Below are positions 1 to 10,779 of a DNA stretch of 64,000 nt, piece after piece. Source of the DNA: a virus; IMG/VR virus record IMGVR_UViG_3300035698_018106, positions 166,717 to 230,716 of that record; one strand, written 5' to 3'. The notes under the pieces are model-generated. The model ran no database searches, had not been told where the DNA came from, and saw nothing but the letters and a program-made list of their open reading frames with translations. The position numbers were made by a program, and so were the translations under genes. Position 1 is the stretch's first letter. Each line of letters begins with the position of its first letter.

Positions 1-128
1 ATTATCCATAGCACCAAATACTCTAACTTGAGCCCTCCCAGAAAATGTAGAATCTATATTATTAATAATCACTCCAATCCAATCATTATCATGTAAATCT
101 TTATTTAAGAAAGTAGTATCAAATTTCA
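1..128 (-). CDS. partial ORF whose start codon lies inside the window at 128 and whose rest lies beyond the window edge; N-terminus resembles the OB-fold domain of the T4 gp5 baseplate central spike
   Basis: Reverse translation gives MKFDTTFLNKDLHDNDWIGVIINNIDSTFSGRAQVRVFGAMDN. The GV..D....GR..VRVFG pattern resembles the T4 gp5 N-terminus (fvGVVedv.Dp.qLGRVRVRVFG). Confidence 0.35.
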
Positions 129-2021
129 TTAATTTTGAATTTTAGTATTAGTTGCTTTACTAGAAGGAATTCCTTCTAATATATTTGTTTGTGATATTTT
201 TCTACCTATACCATCTTTAGTTTGATCATATATATCTGTTATATTATCATGATCAACATTAGTTTCTCCGGTTCCAACTAAATTTGTCGCCTTTGAATAA
301 TCTCCTCCTGTTGCCACTGTCATAATATCCATATAATTTAATCCACCTTTAATATTATTTAATGAATTAATTTCATCCCCTTCTATCATACCTTCTCCAA
401 CTAAATCAGTTGCTTTTGAAAAATCTTTAATTTTTTCCCATGTTCCATCATCATTTAAGACTGTATTAGCTGCTTCTTGTAATGCTAATTCTGGTTCAGA
501 TGTGGCCTCTGATTTTACAATTCCTCTAAGATATTCTCTAAATATATTATCAGACATAGTAGTTGATATTCCTTTATCTAATAATTGTGATGGGTAAACA
601 TAATCATTTGTTACATCATTAATTCCTTTTCTTATTAAACCTAGAGCTGTTATAACATTTTTTGATTCTAGAGCAGATTGTGCTTCATTAAATGATATTC
701 CTAATCCTGGAATTGGTGTTAATTTTGCTTTATCAACAAAGGTTTCCAATAAATTTTGCCCATATGATTTACCCCATGTAACAGTGTTATTAAACCATGT
801 ATTTGGTGCTGTTGGATCTACATTTACTATATTATCATCTTCTGTAAATAATTTACCATCAGGACCTCCTGCTTTAGCACCAAATAAATTTTTGGAGTTA
901 GTCATTTGTTGATATGATGTACCAGAAATATGTACTTTATCACCATTATTAATTGTTTGCGATTGGGCAATCTGTAATTTTGTTGCATGATTATATATAG
1001 TAGAATTACTATTATTTTTTGCAAGTGTAGAATTAAAATTCTCCATAATAGAATCACTAGATCTTTCTCCATTATCTCCATCAATAACTACTCCACTTGT
1101 TACACTTGTTATAACTTCTCTTTTAGATCTATCTAGACCATTTAAATATTTATCAATAAGAAACATATTTTTAAAAGTTGGATATATTTGTTCTTCATAA
1201 ATTTTTCCAACTTTAATACCTATATTAACAGCAGCCATTGTAGGTTCTTCATTTAAATTTAAATTACTTAAATGATTATAATCTAAACTTTCTAAATCAA
1301 ATTCACACATTTCACATCTAATATTCCAAACAGGTAATATATCATCTAAAACATGTAAGTATAGATCATTTTGATTTGCTTCTCTATTTACATTTGAAAC
1401 TGTTCCATCACCTGATAAATTATTTGGAGTATGGAATGTTCTAAATTCTGCTATATAGATATCTAAAGTAAAATATCTCATCATATCAGGTAATACCCAT
1501 CGTTGATAAGTATCATCCCATGCTATTTTTTTGTATAAATTCATTAAATGAGTTACTCTTTGATCTATACCTTCTAACATATTTATATTTAATCTCTTAT
1601 CCGATGTAACTCTCATTCCATTAAGAGGATTAATTTTTAAAATTTCATTTATTCCTTCAATACTTTGGAAATACCATGGAAATCTTTCTTGAAGATTATT
1701 AAATTGTAAAATAAATTCTTCTAGCATTTCAGCTCTAGTAAACTCATTTGCATCTAATAAATAATCAATAGCAGAATATTTTTGTCTATCGAATACATTA
1801 TCAACTCCTTTTTGAGCAAATAAAGGATGTGGCATGATATCATAATTAACTAAACCTTCTGTTCCAGCATTATTATGTACGTTATCATATGTACCAAAAT
1901 TTAATTTAAATGACACATATGTAGGTTGATCAAATCTAGGAGATAATATAGTACTTCTTGATACCACATCATTTCCAGGAATTAATGTTTTTCTAAAATT
2001 TTTAAAGTGATTTAAATCCAT
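129..2021 (-). CDS. putative baseplate/tail structural protein (630 aa)
   Basis: Long ORF within an operon of overlapping structural-size genes next to the gp53-like and gp5-like ORFs. No catalytic motif recognised. Confidence 0.45.
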   Translation of the reverse strand: MDLNHFKNFRKTLIPGNDVVSRSTILSPRFDQPTYVSFKLNFGTYDNVHNNAGTEGLVNYDIMPHPLFAQKGVDNVFDRQKYSAIDYLLDANEFTRAEMLEEFILQFNNLQERFPWYFQSIEGINEILKINPLNGMRVTSDKRLNINMLEGIDQRVTHLMNLYKKIAWDDTYQRWVLPDMMRYFTLDIYIAEFRTFHTPNNLSGDGTVSNVNREANQNDLYLHVLDDILPVWNIRCEMCEFDLESLDYNHLSNLNLNEEPTMAAVNIGIKVGKIYEEQIYPTFKNMFLIDKYLNGLDRSKREVITSVTSGVVIDGDNGERSSDSIMENFNSTLAKNNSNSTIYNHATKLQIAQSQTINNGDKVHISGTSYQQMTNSKNLFGAKAGGPDGKLFTEDDNIVNVDPTAPNTWFNNTVTWGKSYGQNLLETFVDKAKLTPIPGLGISFNEAQSALESKNVITALGLIRKGINDVTNDYVYPSQLLDKGISTTMSDNIFREYLRGIVKSEATSEPELALQEAANTVLNDDGTWEKIKDFSKATDLVGEGMIEGDEINSLNNIKGGLNYMDIMTVATGGDYSKATNLVGTGETNVDHDNITDIYDQTKDGIGRKISQTNILEGIPSSKATNTKIQN

Positions 2022-3631
2022 TATGAATCTAGGTTATTTTCGTTATTTTTAATAGATCCAACTGCTATTGGTGGTGGCCATTCTCTTCTTGTTAAAGTGA
2101 ATGTTTCAGTAAAATTAGAAATAGCATTATTATCTCTATTAACATATTTTATTTTAAAACCTTTTACATAATACCATCCGCTATAAAATTGTTCTAAACG
2201 ATCCATACCTTCGGATTCTTTACTAATTATAGCTCCTTCTGTTTTATTTTTTTGTATTAATACAACTGGTACTTTATCTCCTTTTATAATATTTAAATTT
2301 AAACCTGTCGTTGTAATTTCTAAATTAAGCTTATCTAATTCTTTATTATTAATTACATTTTGTACTCTAGCTCTAATATAATTTTTGTGGTGATTTCCAT
2401 CCCATTTTAAATTATCTTCTTCTGGATTACTAATCGTATATTGTATACCTAACCATGCATTTTTTGTATACATTTCTGGATATGAATAATTGGCTCTAGC
2501 TAAGTTATTCTTCCTATCATCTAAATTTTGAGTAGCTCTACCTCTTAATAAAATATATTTATCTATTTTATCCGGATCATAATGAGGTTCAATCCCATAA
2601 TCCCAATATTTCTTGCTTGTTTCATCTTGAAATAATTTTTCATTATGTTCAAACATATGACAATTAATCTTAGTACCTAATTCAAATGTGATTTTAGTTG
2701 ATTTATTAATTGGTTTCCAAGAAGTTATATAAAACGAGGTAGTTTTAAATACATCATAATTAGAAAATACTTTTGGAGTTTCTATAGTTTTATCTTCTTT
2801 TGTGTCATCACCCCATGTATAATCTTTATTAACATTATTAAGCCATGCAGCTGGATCTAATTCTTCCTCATTTGACATTAATTGTTTATTAACATTAACA
2901 AAATTTAAGTTATAATAAATATCTATCCATGTATCGTAAAAAGATTCATTATTACTCCATGATCTTAATACAGTATTTTTTATGTAATTTAATGAAGTCG
3001 AATATCCACTTATCCATACTTGTTTATCATCTGTATTATCTTCATTAGTAGCAAATCCTAAACCTATTTTACTAGATAAATCTTGTATTGCTTCAAATGA
3101 TGTTCCTTCATACGAAAAATTAAATTTAGAACTAGATATCCATGGAATATATAATATACCATAAAATGTCATAGTTACAGGACCTTCATATGCTGTTGCA
3201 TTTGAAGCAGATATTACACTGGTTATAACATAATCATTTCTTATTTGTTTTAAAATTTCATTTTTATTCCGGATTACTATAGATATTATATCTCCATCTT
3301 TAGGCATTTCTCTTGATAAAAACGTCCTATGCACCATTGTACATTTCAACATTATAGTTGGAATAGTTGTATTAGAATCTATTTCCATCACTTGAATTTC
3401 ATCAGGAGAGAAAATATAATCATTAATTTTTATAAATGGATATTCCATAGAAGCAACTACTTCTAATTTTCTATCTTTTCCTCCAGGCTGTGCAGGAAGA
3501 GACATTTCATCTAATTCTATAGTATGTTTTTCTAATTCATATATCCTAGATTTAGTTGCTCCGGACGAATTTCCAGTCGGATCCGGAGCTGTATTTTTTA
3601 TTGGAGCATTATAAGAATATTTTGCAGCCAT
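2021..3631 (-). CDS. putative baseplate/tail structural protein (536 aa)
   Basis: ATGA-type start/stop overlap with both neighbouring genes; structural-gene context. Confidence 0.45.
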   Translation of the reverse strand: MAAKYSYNAPIKNTAPDPTGNSSGATKSRIYELEKHTIELDEMSLPAQPGGKDRKLEVVASMEYPFIKINDYIFSPDEIQVMEIDSNTTIPTIMLKCTMVHRTFLSREMPKDGDIISIVIRNKNEILKQIRNDYVITSVISASNATAYEGPVTMTFYGILYIPWISSSKFNFSYEGTSFEAIQDLSSKIGLGFATNEDNTDDKQVWISGYSTSLNYIKNTVLRSWSNNESFYDTWIDIYYNLNFVNVNKQLMSNEEELDPAAWLNNVNKDYTWGDDTKEDKTIETPKVFSNYDVFKTTSFYITSWKPINKSTKITFELGTKINCHMFEHNEKLFQDETSKKYWDYGIEPHYDPDKIDKYILLRGRATQNLDDRKNNLARANYSYPEMYTKNAWLGIQYTISNPEEDNLKWDGNHHKNYIRARVQNVINNKELDKLNLEITTTGLNLNIIKGDKVPVVLIQKNKTEGAIISKESEGMDRLEQFYSGWYYVKGFKIKYVNRDNNAISNFTETFTLTRREWPPPIAVGSIKNNENNLDS

Positions 3632-4218
3632 TATTTAGATTTGTTTTTGTTTTTAATTACATTAGTTAAAAATTCACTTTGTGTCATTCCATTTTTTAAA
3701 CATTGTTCAGCACCTTCTCCGAAATATACTCTACCACCTCTATATGATACTTGTTTAGCACCTTCTTCCGCAAAATTTGGTGGTAAAGAAACTGCTTTTA
3801 TCTCTCTATTATTAAAATTATCTAAAGATATATCTTTTTTAGGACGTTTTAATGGATCAATATATTTATATGCATTTCTTATTTTATCAGCTTGAGATTC
3901 CCCTTCTGAAGAAGCTATTTTTTTAACTATTTCCAATGCTGATTCTAAGTCGGGTATTAAAATTAAATCTCCTTCATCAATAGAAAACGGATTAGATATA
4001 GAATTAAATTTTAATATTATTTCTGCATACGAAGAATTATTATATACAGCTTTAGATATTAAATCTGGTCTCATTCTATATTCTTTAGGAACTTTATACA
4101 CATTATAATTAGTATATGTACCTGCTCCTAATTCAAACATTGATTGTGTTAAATCTCTTATTTTTTCACCATCAGGTCTTGTAAAAAATTTCTTTTTATC
4201 TATACTATTTCCAAACAT
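3631..4218 (-). CDS. gp53-like baseplate wedge protein
   Basis: 195 aa, the same size as T4 gp53 (196 aa). Central motif YKVPKEYRMRPDLISKAVYNNSSYAEIIL resembles T4 gp53 YRLRTYYIKGSPRPEELANAIYGNPQLYWVLL. Confidence 0.45.
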   Translation of the reverse strand: MFGNSIDKKKFFTRPDGEKIRDLTQSMFELGAGTYTNYNVYKVPKEYRMRPDLISKAVYNNSSYAEIILKFNSISNPFSIDEGDLILIPDLESALEIVKKIASSEGESQADKIRNAYKYIDPLKRPKKDISLDNFNNREIKAVSLPPNFAEEGAKQVSYRGGRVYFGEGAEQCLKNGMTQSEFLTNVIKNKNKSK

Positions 4219-4221
4219 ATC

Positions 4222-6729
4222 TTATTTAAGTGATTTTAATGCAACCCAGTCAATATTTCTATATCCACTTCTAAATATATCGCCTTCTTTATTTAATAAA
4301 CTTTCATTAGGTGATACAGATTTAAATGATGCTCTGTTCCATACACTAGTAGATCCAGCATTTGAATTATTTTTGATTACAGGACTTCCTGATCTACCAC
4401 CTAATTTAGATGGCCCAGCTAACCAACCTTTAAATGCCAAAGGTTGTCCAGTTTTATTACTATCTTGTGTATAATCATCTACAGCTGTTTGACCATCCGC
4501 CGATCCTTCAAAACCATCCGGTAAATCATATATTCTACCCATACCACGATTAAATATAGATTGAATTGCATCTCTATCTCTAGGCATTCCATGATCTAAT
4601 TTAACAGTCATTTTTATTTCTGTTGGAAAATCATCTGGCCCTAGTTCATTTCCGAATTCTACTTCTATTCCTGTACATATTAAATTACCTATCATAGCAA
4701 TAGGATTTAATGGATTACCTACTGTAACATGCCATTCGCCTACTGGTTCTCCTGTTAATAATGCCTTTAAACCAGATAAATAAGGTACTGTACCTTCTGA
4801 TCGTTCAGCTAATTTAGATTTTACTATATTTGCACCAATACCACCTTCTGAAAATAATCCTTTAACAGCGCCAAAAATACCTTCAATACCACCCGGACCA
4901 CCTTTACCTAATAATTGATTAAAGAAATTACTTGCTCCTGAAGCTATACCTCCCTCTGGATTTGATACTTGCCCAGCAAATGTTGATATAGTTTCCCCAG
5001 CCCATTTTAGAGGTTTACCTGAATACCAAGCTTCTATACCTTTATCACCACCTAAAAATGGATACATTGCAGGATCAGACATAAATCTATGCTGACCACC
5101 AAAAAATACAGCAGATGCTGATCCTATGATTAAAAAGTTCGATAAAATATCTAATAATACAGCCTTTGGATTAATTCCACCCACCGGTCTTGCTACATAT
5201 TCAAATTGTAAGTTTAGCCCACCCCATTCAAATTCCATACCGGCTTCTCTCTTTTTAACAGTATCAATTCTATTTATTGGTCCTAATATTCTATTTTCAT
5301 AAGGTCCTTCCTTATATGGATCTGGAGGCAAAGATCCTTTATTCATAATTAATTGAGGATTATAATCTCCACCAGCAACCGATAACATTTTAGATAATCC
5401 AGCTAAATTTTTAAATACACCTGGACCTGATTTATTATCAGGAGTAGATTCTGCAGTAACCCGATGAACATTAGACTCCAATTCACCCCACTTCATCCCT
5501 GTTGTAAATTTAAGTATATCACTTAATGTATTTCCTGTTTCTTCACCAAAATAAGTGATTGCTGATGCCATTGGAGGGAAAGCAATTTTACTAGTAGATC
5601 CAAAATCTACAGTTCCATCATCATTTTCTCCAATTGAATCTCCATTTTCATCAGGAACGGTAGCTAATTTATTAATACCATCCATTCCAGGAAATTTCAT
5701 ATTATCATTAATAGGAGCTCCAAATCTCCTAAGTGTTATTAAACGATTATTTTCTATTTTATTCCAATATTTAGAAAAAACAAAATCTGTAAATAAATAA
5801 GGGGTTCGTCCATAAGGATCTGCATTTCCCCACCCTATTAATGATGATGTATTAGGATTTGATGAAAAATTAGCCATATCAGTTGATCCTTGACCAAAAG
5901 CTTGATCAACTTCATACCATCTTCGTTCTCCTCTTTGATTAATTAATTTTTGCCCACCTTCTGAACCATATAATTTAGTTAATGCATATGCATTTTGCAG
6001 TGCAGGAATACCTATATAGAATTTGTTTTTTGTTAATCGTTCTCTTTGTTCTGCTGCTTGTATAATAGCTTCATCTTTTTTTGTTAGATCAGAATCTTCT
6101 AAAGCTTTTTGACCAATAACTAAACCAGATGTAGCTGATTCTGCATATCTAGTTGAAAATGGAATTCTTATTTCCCTCTCATTATTAGATGATACAAAAT
6201 CTCTATATAATCTTCTATCAAATGGTCCACCATATTCTTTAGTAACTAAATCTTCTGGTGGATTAGTAGTTTCTGTTTTTGCTTTATTGCTTTTTGTAGC
6301 AGCATTTTGTCTTCTTAAACAAGCTCTTAATGCATTTTTAACAAAATCAGAATCTTGGTTATATGTTATTTTTGCTGCCCATGGATATTTCTTATTAATA
6401 TCATTTACACCTCTAATTTTATTTACTATTTTTTCTCCTAATGTTGGTGGTATATCATCTTTTTGTAATGCTTTATATCGTTTATTAACTGCTATTCTAA
6501 AACAAGTATTTGATGTTAAATTATATTCATAAGCTAAACCTGCTTCTGTGGATAATTTATCTACTCTAGATTCAATCTTTTCTTCAGATTCATTTGCTTG
6601 AACAGGTGGAGAAATAGATGTTTTTTGTATATCATCTACAATATTACCAGTTCCTTTTATCCATGAACTTACACCTGGATTTGAAGAACTTCCTGCTTCT
6701 TTCTCATTATTGAATTTATCTGTTGGCAT
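4222..6729 (-). CDS. large tail/baseplate structural protein (835 aa), Gly-rich C-terminal half
   Basis: Longest ORF in the block; immediately upstream of the baseplate genes on the same strand. Confidence 0.45.
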   Translation of the reverse strand: MPTDKFNNEKEAGSSSNPGVSSWIKGTGNIVDDIQKTSISPPVQANESEEKIESRVDKLSTEAGLAYEYNLTSNTCFRIAVNKRYKALQKDDIPPTLGEKIVNKIRGVNDINKKYPWAAKITYNQDSDFVKNALRACLRRQNAATKSNKAKTETTNPPEDLVTKEYGGPFDRRLYRDFVSSNNEREIRIPFSTRYAESATSGLVIGQKALEDSDLTKKDEAIIQAAEQRERLTKNKFYIGIPALQNAYALTKLYGSEGGQKLINQRGERRWYEVDQAFGQGSTDMANFSSNPNTSSLIGWGNADPYGRTPYLFTDFVFSKYWNKIENNRLITLRRFGAPINDNMKFPGMDGINKLATVPDENGDSIGENDDGTVDFGSTSKIAFPPMASAITYFGEETGNTLSDILKFTTGMKWGELESNVHRVTAESTPDNKSGPGVFKNLAGLSKMLSVAGGDYNPQLIMNKGSLPPDPYKEGPYENRILGPINRIDTVKKREAGMEFEWGGLNLQFEYVARPVGGINPKAVLLDILSNFLIIGSASAVFFGGQHRFMSDPAMYPFLGGDKGIEAWYSGKPLKWAGETISTFAGQVSNPEGGIASGASNFFNQLLGKGGPGGIEGIFGAVKGLFSEGGIGANIVKSKLAERSEGTVPYLSGLKALLTGEPVGEWHVTVGNPLNPIAMIGNLICTGIEVEFGNELGPDDFPTEIKMTVKLDHGMPRDRDAIQSIFNRGMGRIYDLPDGFEGSADGQTAVDDYTQDSNKTGQPLAFKGWLAGPSKLGGRSGSPVIKNNSNAGSTSVWNRASFKSVSPNESLLNKEGDIFRSGYRNIDWVALKSLK

Positions 6730-6756
6730 TACTTGATAATTTATTTTATATATTCA

Positions 6757-6790
6757 TCAAAAATGCTCGGCCTCACAGAGAACGAGCATT
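6757..6790 (-). terminator. GC-rich hairpin (aatgctcg / cgagcatt, 13-nt loop) followed by TTTT on the minus strand
   Basis: GC island in AT-rich DNA, between the end of the 6818..7261 gene and the start of the 835-aa gene. Confidence 0.35.
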
Positions 6791-6817
6791 TAAATAATAA
6801 TTCAGAAATTTTTAGAT

Positions 6818-7261
6818 TTATTTTCTTTCTAATTTTTTACTTGATAAATCATTTATACAAGTTGCTTCAATTAAACGTATTTTTTTAATTGAGGGAAAAT
6901 AAATAATTTCATCAAAATATGGATATAACTTTTTAAGTTTAGGTATATTATAATCATCTAATAACACTAACTCAGATACAGAATCTAATTTGTCTAATGT
7001 ATCATATAAACTCATTATAGTTCCTTCATTAATAGATGGATTAGAGTATATTATACCTCTTATTCTTTTTGATTTAGAATATGTATGTATTAGATCATTA
7101 ATTCTATTACTTACAATAAAGGATTCATAATCATTTATTGTTTCATAATCATAATTAAATTTATTTAAAATATCTGATACATTTATTATAGAGAATAATT
7201 TAAGATTCAAAAATGATCTTTTTAATTTCTGAGATCCTTCAGTTGTAACATAAAATTTCAT
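6818..7261 (-). CDS. hypothetical protein
   Basis: ORF only. Confidence 0.35.
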   Translation of the reverse strand: MKFYVTTEGSQKLKRSFLNLKLFSIINVSDILNKFNYDYETINDYESFIVSNRINDLIHTYSKSKRIRGIIYSNPSINEGTIMSLYDTLDKLDSVSELVLLDDYNIPKLKKLYPYFDEIIYFPSIKKIRLIEATCINDLSSKKLERK

Positions 7262-7262
7262 A

Positions 7263-7553
7263 TTATTTATTGTATATATTATATTCTACTTTAGCTTCTT
7301 CCATTGCATCTATAAATGGAATTTGTTTTGCTTTAGCAATACCTTCTGCTAAATTAGCAATAGAATTTGATTCTTTTTCATCTTCTTGAGATTGTAATGA
7401 TATAGCAACCTTTTGTTTCATTTCTGCTTCTAATCTTCTTCCATTTTCTTGGTTATCTCTCATCTTTTCAAACCTTTGTTCCCTTGTCATTTTAGCATAA
7501 TGTTTTTTTAATCCAAGATTCTTTTCCATTTGCTTTCTTTCTCGTCTATTCAT
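7263..7553 (-). CDS. hypothetical basic/acidic small protein
   Basis: ORF only. Confidence 0.3.
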   Translation of the reverse strand: MNRRERKQMEKNLGLKKHYAKMTREQRFEKMRDNQENGRRLEAEMKQKVAISLQSQEDEKESNSIANLAEGIAKAKQIPFIDAMEEAKVEYNIYNK

Positions 7554-7576
7554 AATAATTTATTTTTGATTATGTA

Positions 7577-8110
7577 TTAATTTTCTTTTAGAGCATTAAC
7601 ATAGAAGTAATTAAATATTCTCATATAAGCAGCTAAAAATAATGCATCATCACTAGCAACTATTTTATTTGCAGTAATCATTTCAAATTTATTTGCTTCT
7701 CTAGATTCTTCAACGTTTCCTGCGTCATTAATCGTAACATCTGATATATTAACACAATATAAAATTATATTACTTCCTGAAATATTTGTAATATTACCAA
7801 GATACATCCAATTATCTGCTTTAGTGACATTAGATCCTATTATTTCAAATAATAATCTGTTTGCTGTAACTAAATTAGTTCCATCATCTTGATTAGTATA
7901 TCCTTTTATTAATGTATATAATTCCTTTTCTTTTAATACATCTAAATTTTTAACAACTCCAATCGTATCTAATATATTATTGGATGATATAGTGTATGGT
8001 AATACACAGATAGTATCTAACTTATGTGTAACATAAAGATGATCTCCGTCTTTAATGACATCCTCATAAGGACCGGTCATAACGATTTTTTTCTGTGTAG
8101 TTTTATTCAT
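7577..8110 (-). CDS. hypothetical protein
   Basis: ORF only. Confidence 0.35.
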   Translation of the reverse strand: MNKTTQKKIVMTGPYEDVIKDGDHLYVTHKLDTICVLPYTISSNNILDTIGVVKNLDVLKEKELYTLIKGYTNQDDGTNLVTANRLLFEIIGSNVTKADNWMYLGNITNISGSNIILYCVNISDVTINDAGNVEESREANKFEMITANKIVASDDALFLAAYMRIFNYFYVNALKEN

Positions 8111-8115
8111 TATAA

Positions 8116-9078
8116 TTAATTATTTTTCTTCTCTTCTAATACTTCTGCTACACCATCTCCTATTACCGGTTCAATAATTGGTATAGGTTCGCCTATATTA
8201 ATTTTTAGTTCATCATTAATTTTTAGTTCATCATTAATTTTTAGTTCATTAATGATATCTTTTCTATATTTTTCATTATCCTTTATTTCTTTCTCTATGA
8301 ACATATTATAACCAGAATGTACAATATTATTATTAACTCCATACATTTCTGAAATTCCTTCTTTTAGAGCTTCTTTAATATCAGATATATCAATATTCTG
8401 TATTATATATTCTAATGATTTTTTACTACCTTCTTCAAATGATTCAGCAGCTACATCAAATAAGTTTTTACTTGGTAATTGAATGGTTAAAGTCATATTA
8501 ACTTCAGTATCAACTTTCTTAGCTTTATCCATCATTATATATACTGGATCATTGGATACAATAGTATTTTCAATAATCGTATCTGAGAGGCTAGCAAGTG
8601 TAGTCTGTTCAACTATTGGAGTAGAGTTAATAGATTCATTATATAATGAAGATAAATCATCTGTAGTAGCTATTTTACCAAATTTATTCTTTGTTTTTCT
8701 AGGTGGAATTAATTTAACTTTTTTTCTCTTTTGATGAGGTTTAACATTACCTCCACCACTTGTTAAATCAGCATGAACTAAATCATCTACAGATGGTACT
8801 TCATACTTAATTTGTGATTCCCAATCTTGTTCAATTCTTGGTCCTTTATCTTTTGATTTTTCTTCTTCAAAACCCCATACGTTATGTGGGTTTTCAACTT
8901 CAGCAACCATTTTACCAGAAATATTATCTTCATTTATTTCTGCTATTAATTCAGTGTTTATTCTAGACCCATCTTTAAATTCAATAAATGATGAATCTCC
9001 TTCTTGTATTATTTTTTCAAAAAAGACAACTTCACCTCTTCGTTCACCTAGAACCCATTGGAAATATCTTTGACTCAT
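8116..9078 (-). CDS. hypothetical protein with C-terminal ELKIND tandem repeats
   Basis: ORF; contains an 18-bp x3 nucleotide tandem repeat at 8203..8253. Confidence 0.4.
   Translation of the reverse strand: MSQRYFQWVLGERRGEVVFFEKIIQEGDSSFIEFKDGSRINTELIAEINEDNISGKMVAEVENPHNVWGFEEEKSKDKGPRIEQDWESQIKYEVPSVDDLVHADLTSGGGNVKPHQKRKKVKLIPPRKTKNKFGKIATTDDLSSLYNESINSTPIVEQTTLASLSDTIIENTIVSNDPVYIMMDKAKKVDTEVNMTLTIQLPSKNLFDVAAESFEEGSKKSLEYIIQNIDISDIKEALKEGISEMYGVNNNIVHSGYNMFIEKEIKDNEKYRKDIINELKINDELKINDELKINIGEPIPIIEPVIGDGVAEVLEEKKNN
8203..8253. repeat. 18-bp tandem repeat (ttttagttcatcattaat, ~2.8 copies)
   Basis: Direct tandem copies seen in sequence; in frame, encoding the (ELKIND)n repeat. Confidence 0.8.
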
Positions 9079-9126
9079 TTTTATTTTAATTTAATATTAT
9101 TAATGGTGATTTTCTTTATCTTTACA

Positions 9127-9453
9127 TCATAAGATGTATCTTCCATAATCTTTTTTGTATTCTTGCATCCATCCTGTTTTAAATTCTGCTTCTTTCCATG
9201 ATTTATAATCTTCGGTAGCAAAATTTTGAAGAACTTCTGAAAAATGTTTGGCATAATCTCCTGAACTTATAAAATCTAATCTTAATACTGGAATAAGAAA
9301 GGTATGTTTAGTACCTTTTACTCTCCAAAAATATGTTGGACCTAATTGATCTCCTATTCCATATTCTATTTCTATTGGATTAATCCACCCTAATGGATTA
9401 ATCTTTACTGTTTTAATACTCCTAAGAGTAGAAAAATTATAATTGTTCGGCAT
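9127..9453 (-). CDS. hypothetical protein
   Basis: ORF only. Confidence 0.35.
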   Translation of the reverse strand: MPNNYNFSTLRSIKTVKINPLGWINPIEIEYGIGDQLGPTYFWRVKGTKHTFLIPVLRLDFISSGDYAKHFSEVLQNFATEDYKSWKEAEFKTGWMQEYKKDYGRYIL

Positions 9454-9456
9454 TTA

Positions 9457-9768
9457 TTATAATTTAGTAATATCTTCTTTTTCTATTGTTATAGAATTTT
9501 CCTTTGTTTTACTGGAGAATTTTCTTACACCTAATAATACAGTGGCAGATCCTATAAAGAAAATGGTTTGTTGCATAAATGGAATTGTATCTGGTTTTTG
9601 TAAAAAATATCCTACTGTAGCCGCTATAAATCCTAAGCAACCTACTAATCCCATGATAACTCCGATAAAACCAGATCCACTAGTTTTACCGGAGTTATTA
9701 TTAAATACTTCGCTAAGTATAAATCTATGCTTAGCCGTTATTGGTTTTTTATCTATATCCACAATCAT
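9457..9768 (-). CDS. small membrane protein (two predicted TM helices)
   Basis: Hydrophobic segments GFIGVIMGLVGCLGFIAATVGYF and IFFIGSATVLLGV. Confidence 0.4.
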   Translation of the reverse strand: MIVDIDKKPITAKHRFILSEVFNNNSGKTSGSGFIGVIMGLVGCLGFIAATVGYFLQKPDTIPFMQQTIFFIGSATVLLGVRKFSSKTKENSITIEKEDITKL

Positions 9769-9832
9769 CTTAATAATTTTACATTAAAAAACTTAATTTT
9801 TAATATTTATTCAAGATAAAAGCGACCTATTT

Positions 9833-10030
9833 TTATTTGATAATTCCAACAATCTTAGTTACAGCAATTGCTATAATTTCGAAATCAGATCCTTTTAATT
9901 CTTCTGACATTTTAGATTCTACATCCGTTGGATTTATAGCATTAACTATATAATCTTCTCTACGATATTTTGTTTTACCGTCTTCTGCTTCCCACTCAAT
10001 TTTGATCGCACATTTGAAATATTGGTTCAT
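9833..10030 (-). CDS. hypothetical small protein
   Basis: ORF only. Confidence 0.3.
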   Translation of the reverse strand: MNQYFKCAIKIEWEAEDGKTKYRREDYIVNAINPTDVESKMSEELKGSDFEIIAIAVTKIVGIIK

Positions 10031-10059
10031 TTGTTCTACTTTTAATGTTAATAAAATAT

Positions 10060-10350
10060 TTATTTAATAATTTTTTTTCTTAGAAATTCATCTGGAATCA
10101 TTCCATCTGGATTTAATTCATTTGGAACTAATTTACAATTAGAACATACTAAAATGTTCATTGGAAATAATTCATTTTTTCCCGTCGGAGATAATAAAGA
10201 AGAAATCTTTTTAATAATCATTTGTTCTTCAAATCTCTTTCCACCACATCCACATTCGAATGTTTTAGAATCTTTAATAATCTGAGGTGTTATTTGTGGT
10301 ACTGCACCTTGCGGAGCACCTTGTGGCATGCCTGGATGTTTTAGCTTCAT
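10060..10350 (-). CDS. hypothetical Cys-rich (zinc-ribbon-like) protein
   Basis: CGCG...C..C spacing. Confidence 0.3.
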   Translation of the reverse strand: MKLKHPGMPQGAPQGAVPQITPQIIKDSKTFECGCGGKRFEEQMIIKKISSLLSPTGKNELFPMNILVCSNCKLVPNELNPDGMIPDEFLRKKIIK

Positions 10351-10359
10351 TGTTATTTT

Positions 10360-10713
10360 TTAATTTGATATATGTTGTCCTAATGCTCCATCTATTTCTA
10401 AAAATGAAATATAAAACTTATCTTCATCTTTTTTAATTTTATCTGGTACACCGCTATTCATTTTGATATAGAAGCCTTTGTTAATTACTAAATTCCATTT
10501 AACTCCTGTAACTTCTTCTCTAGCAATATTATAATTTTTATTTAAATTATCAAAACCTCTTAAATAATAAGAATTAACTCTTCCTTCGAAAATAGAATGA
10601 TCTACAAATAAAGGAGATGGTATTTTTTTATCATCAATAGATAATACATAAAATTTTCTTACTTTTCTAATATCTGTTATTTTTACAGCTTTATGAGTCC
10701 ATTCAATGTTCAT
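10360..10713 (-). CDS. hypothetical protein
   Basis: ORF only. Confidence 0.3.
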   Translation of the reverse strand: MNIEWTHKAVKITDIRKVRKFYVLSIDDKKIPSPLFVDHSIFEGRVNSYYLRGFDNLNKNYNIAREEVTGVKWNLVINKGFYIKMNSGVPDKIKKDEDKFYISFLEIDGALGQHISN

Positions 10714-10779
10714 AATATTATTTTTAGATGTTTGAATATGTTTAATTTAAATCTTATATGGATTAATATATTAATAGTT

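Noticed and set aside
3641-3895. Short plus-strand ORFs nested antisense inside long minus-strand genes (also 902..1084, 5555..5800, 6287..6532, 8483..8734, 9443..9787, 13052..13246, 16893..17099, 17310..17501, 19298..19507, 21981..22340, 29539..29805, 30368..30553, 31278..31487, 32480..32668, 36600..36785, 42972..43988, 45572..45883, 47040..47249, 48636..48899, 49457..49744, 55963..56232, 60221..60514, 60983..61240)
   Set aside because: All are fully embedded antisense in better-supported longer ORFs, are low-complexity or hydrophobic, and reflect AT-rich stop-codon-poor antisense frames.
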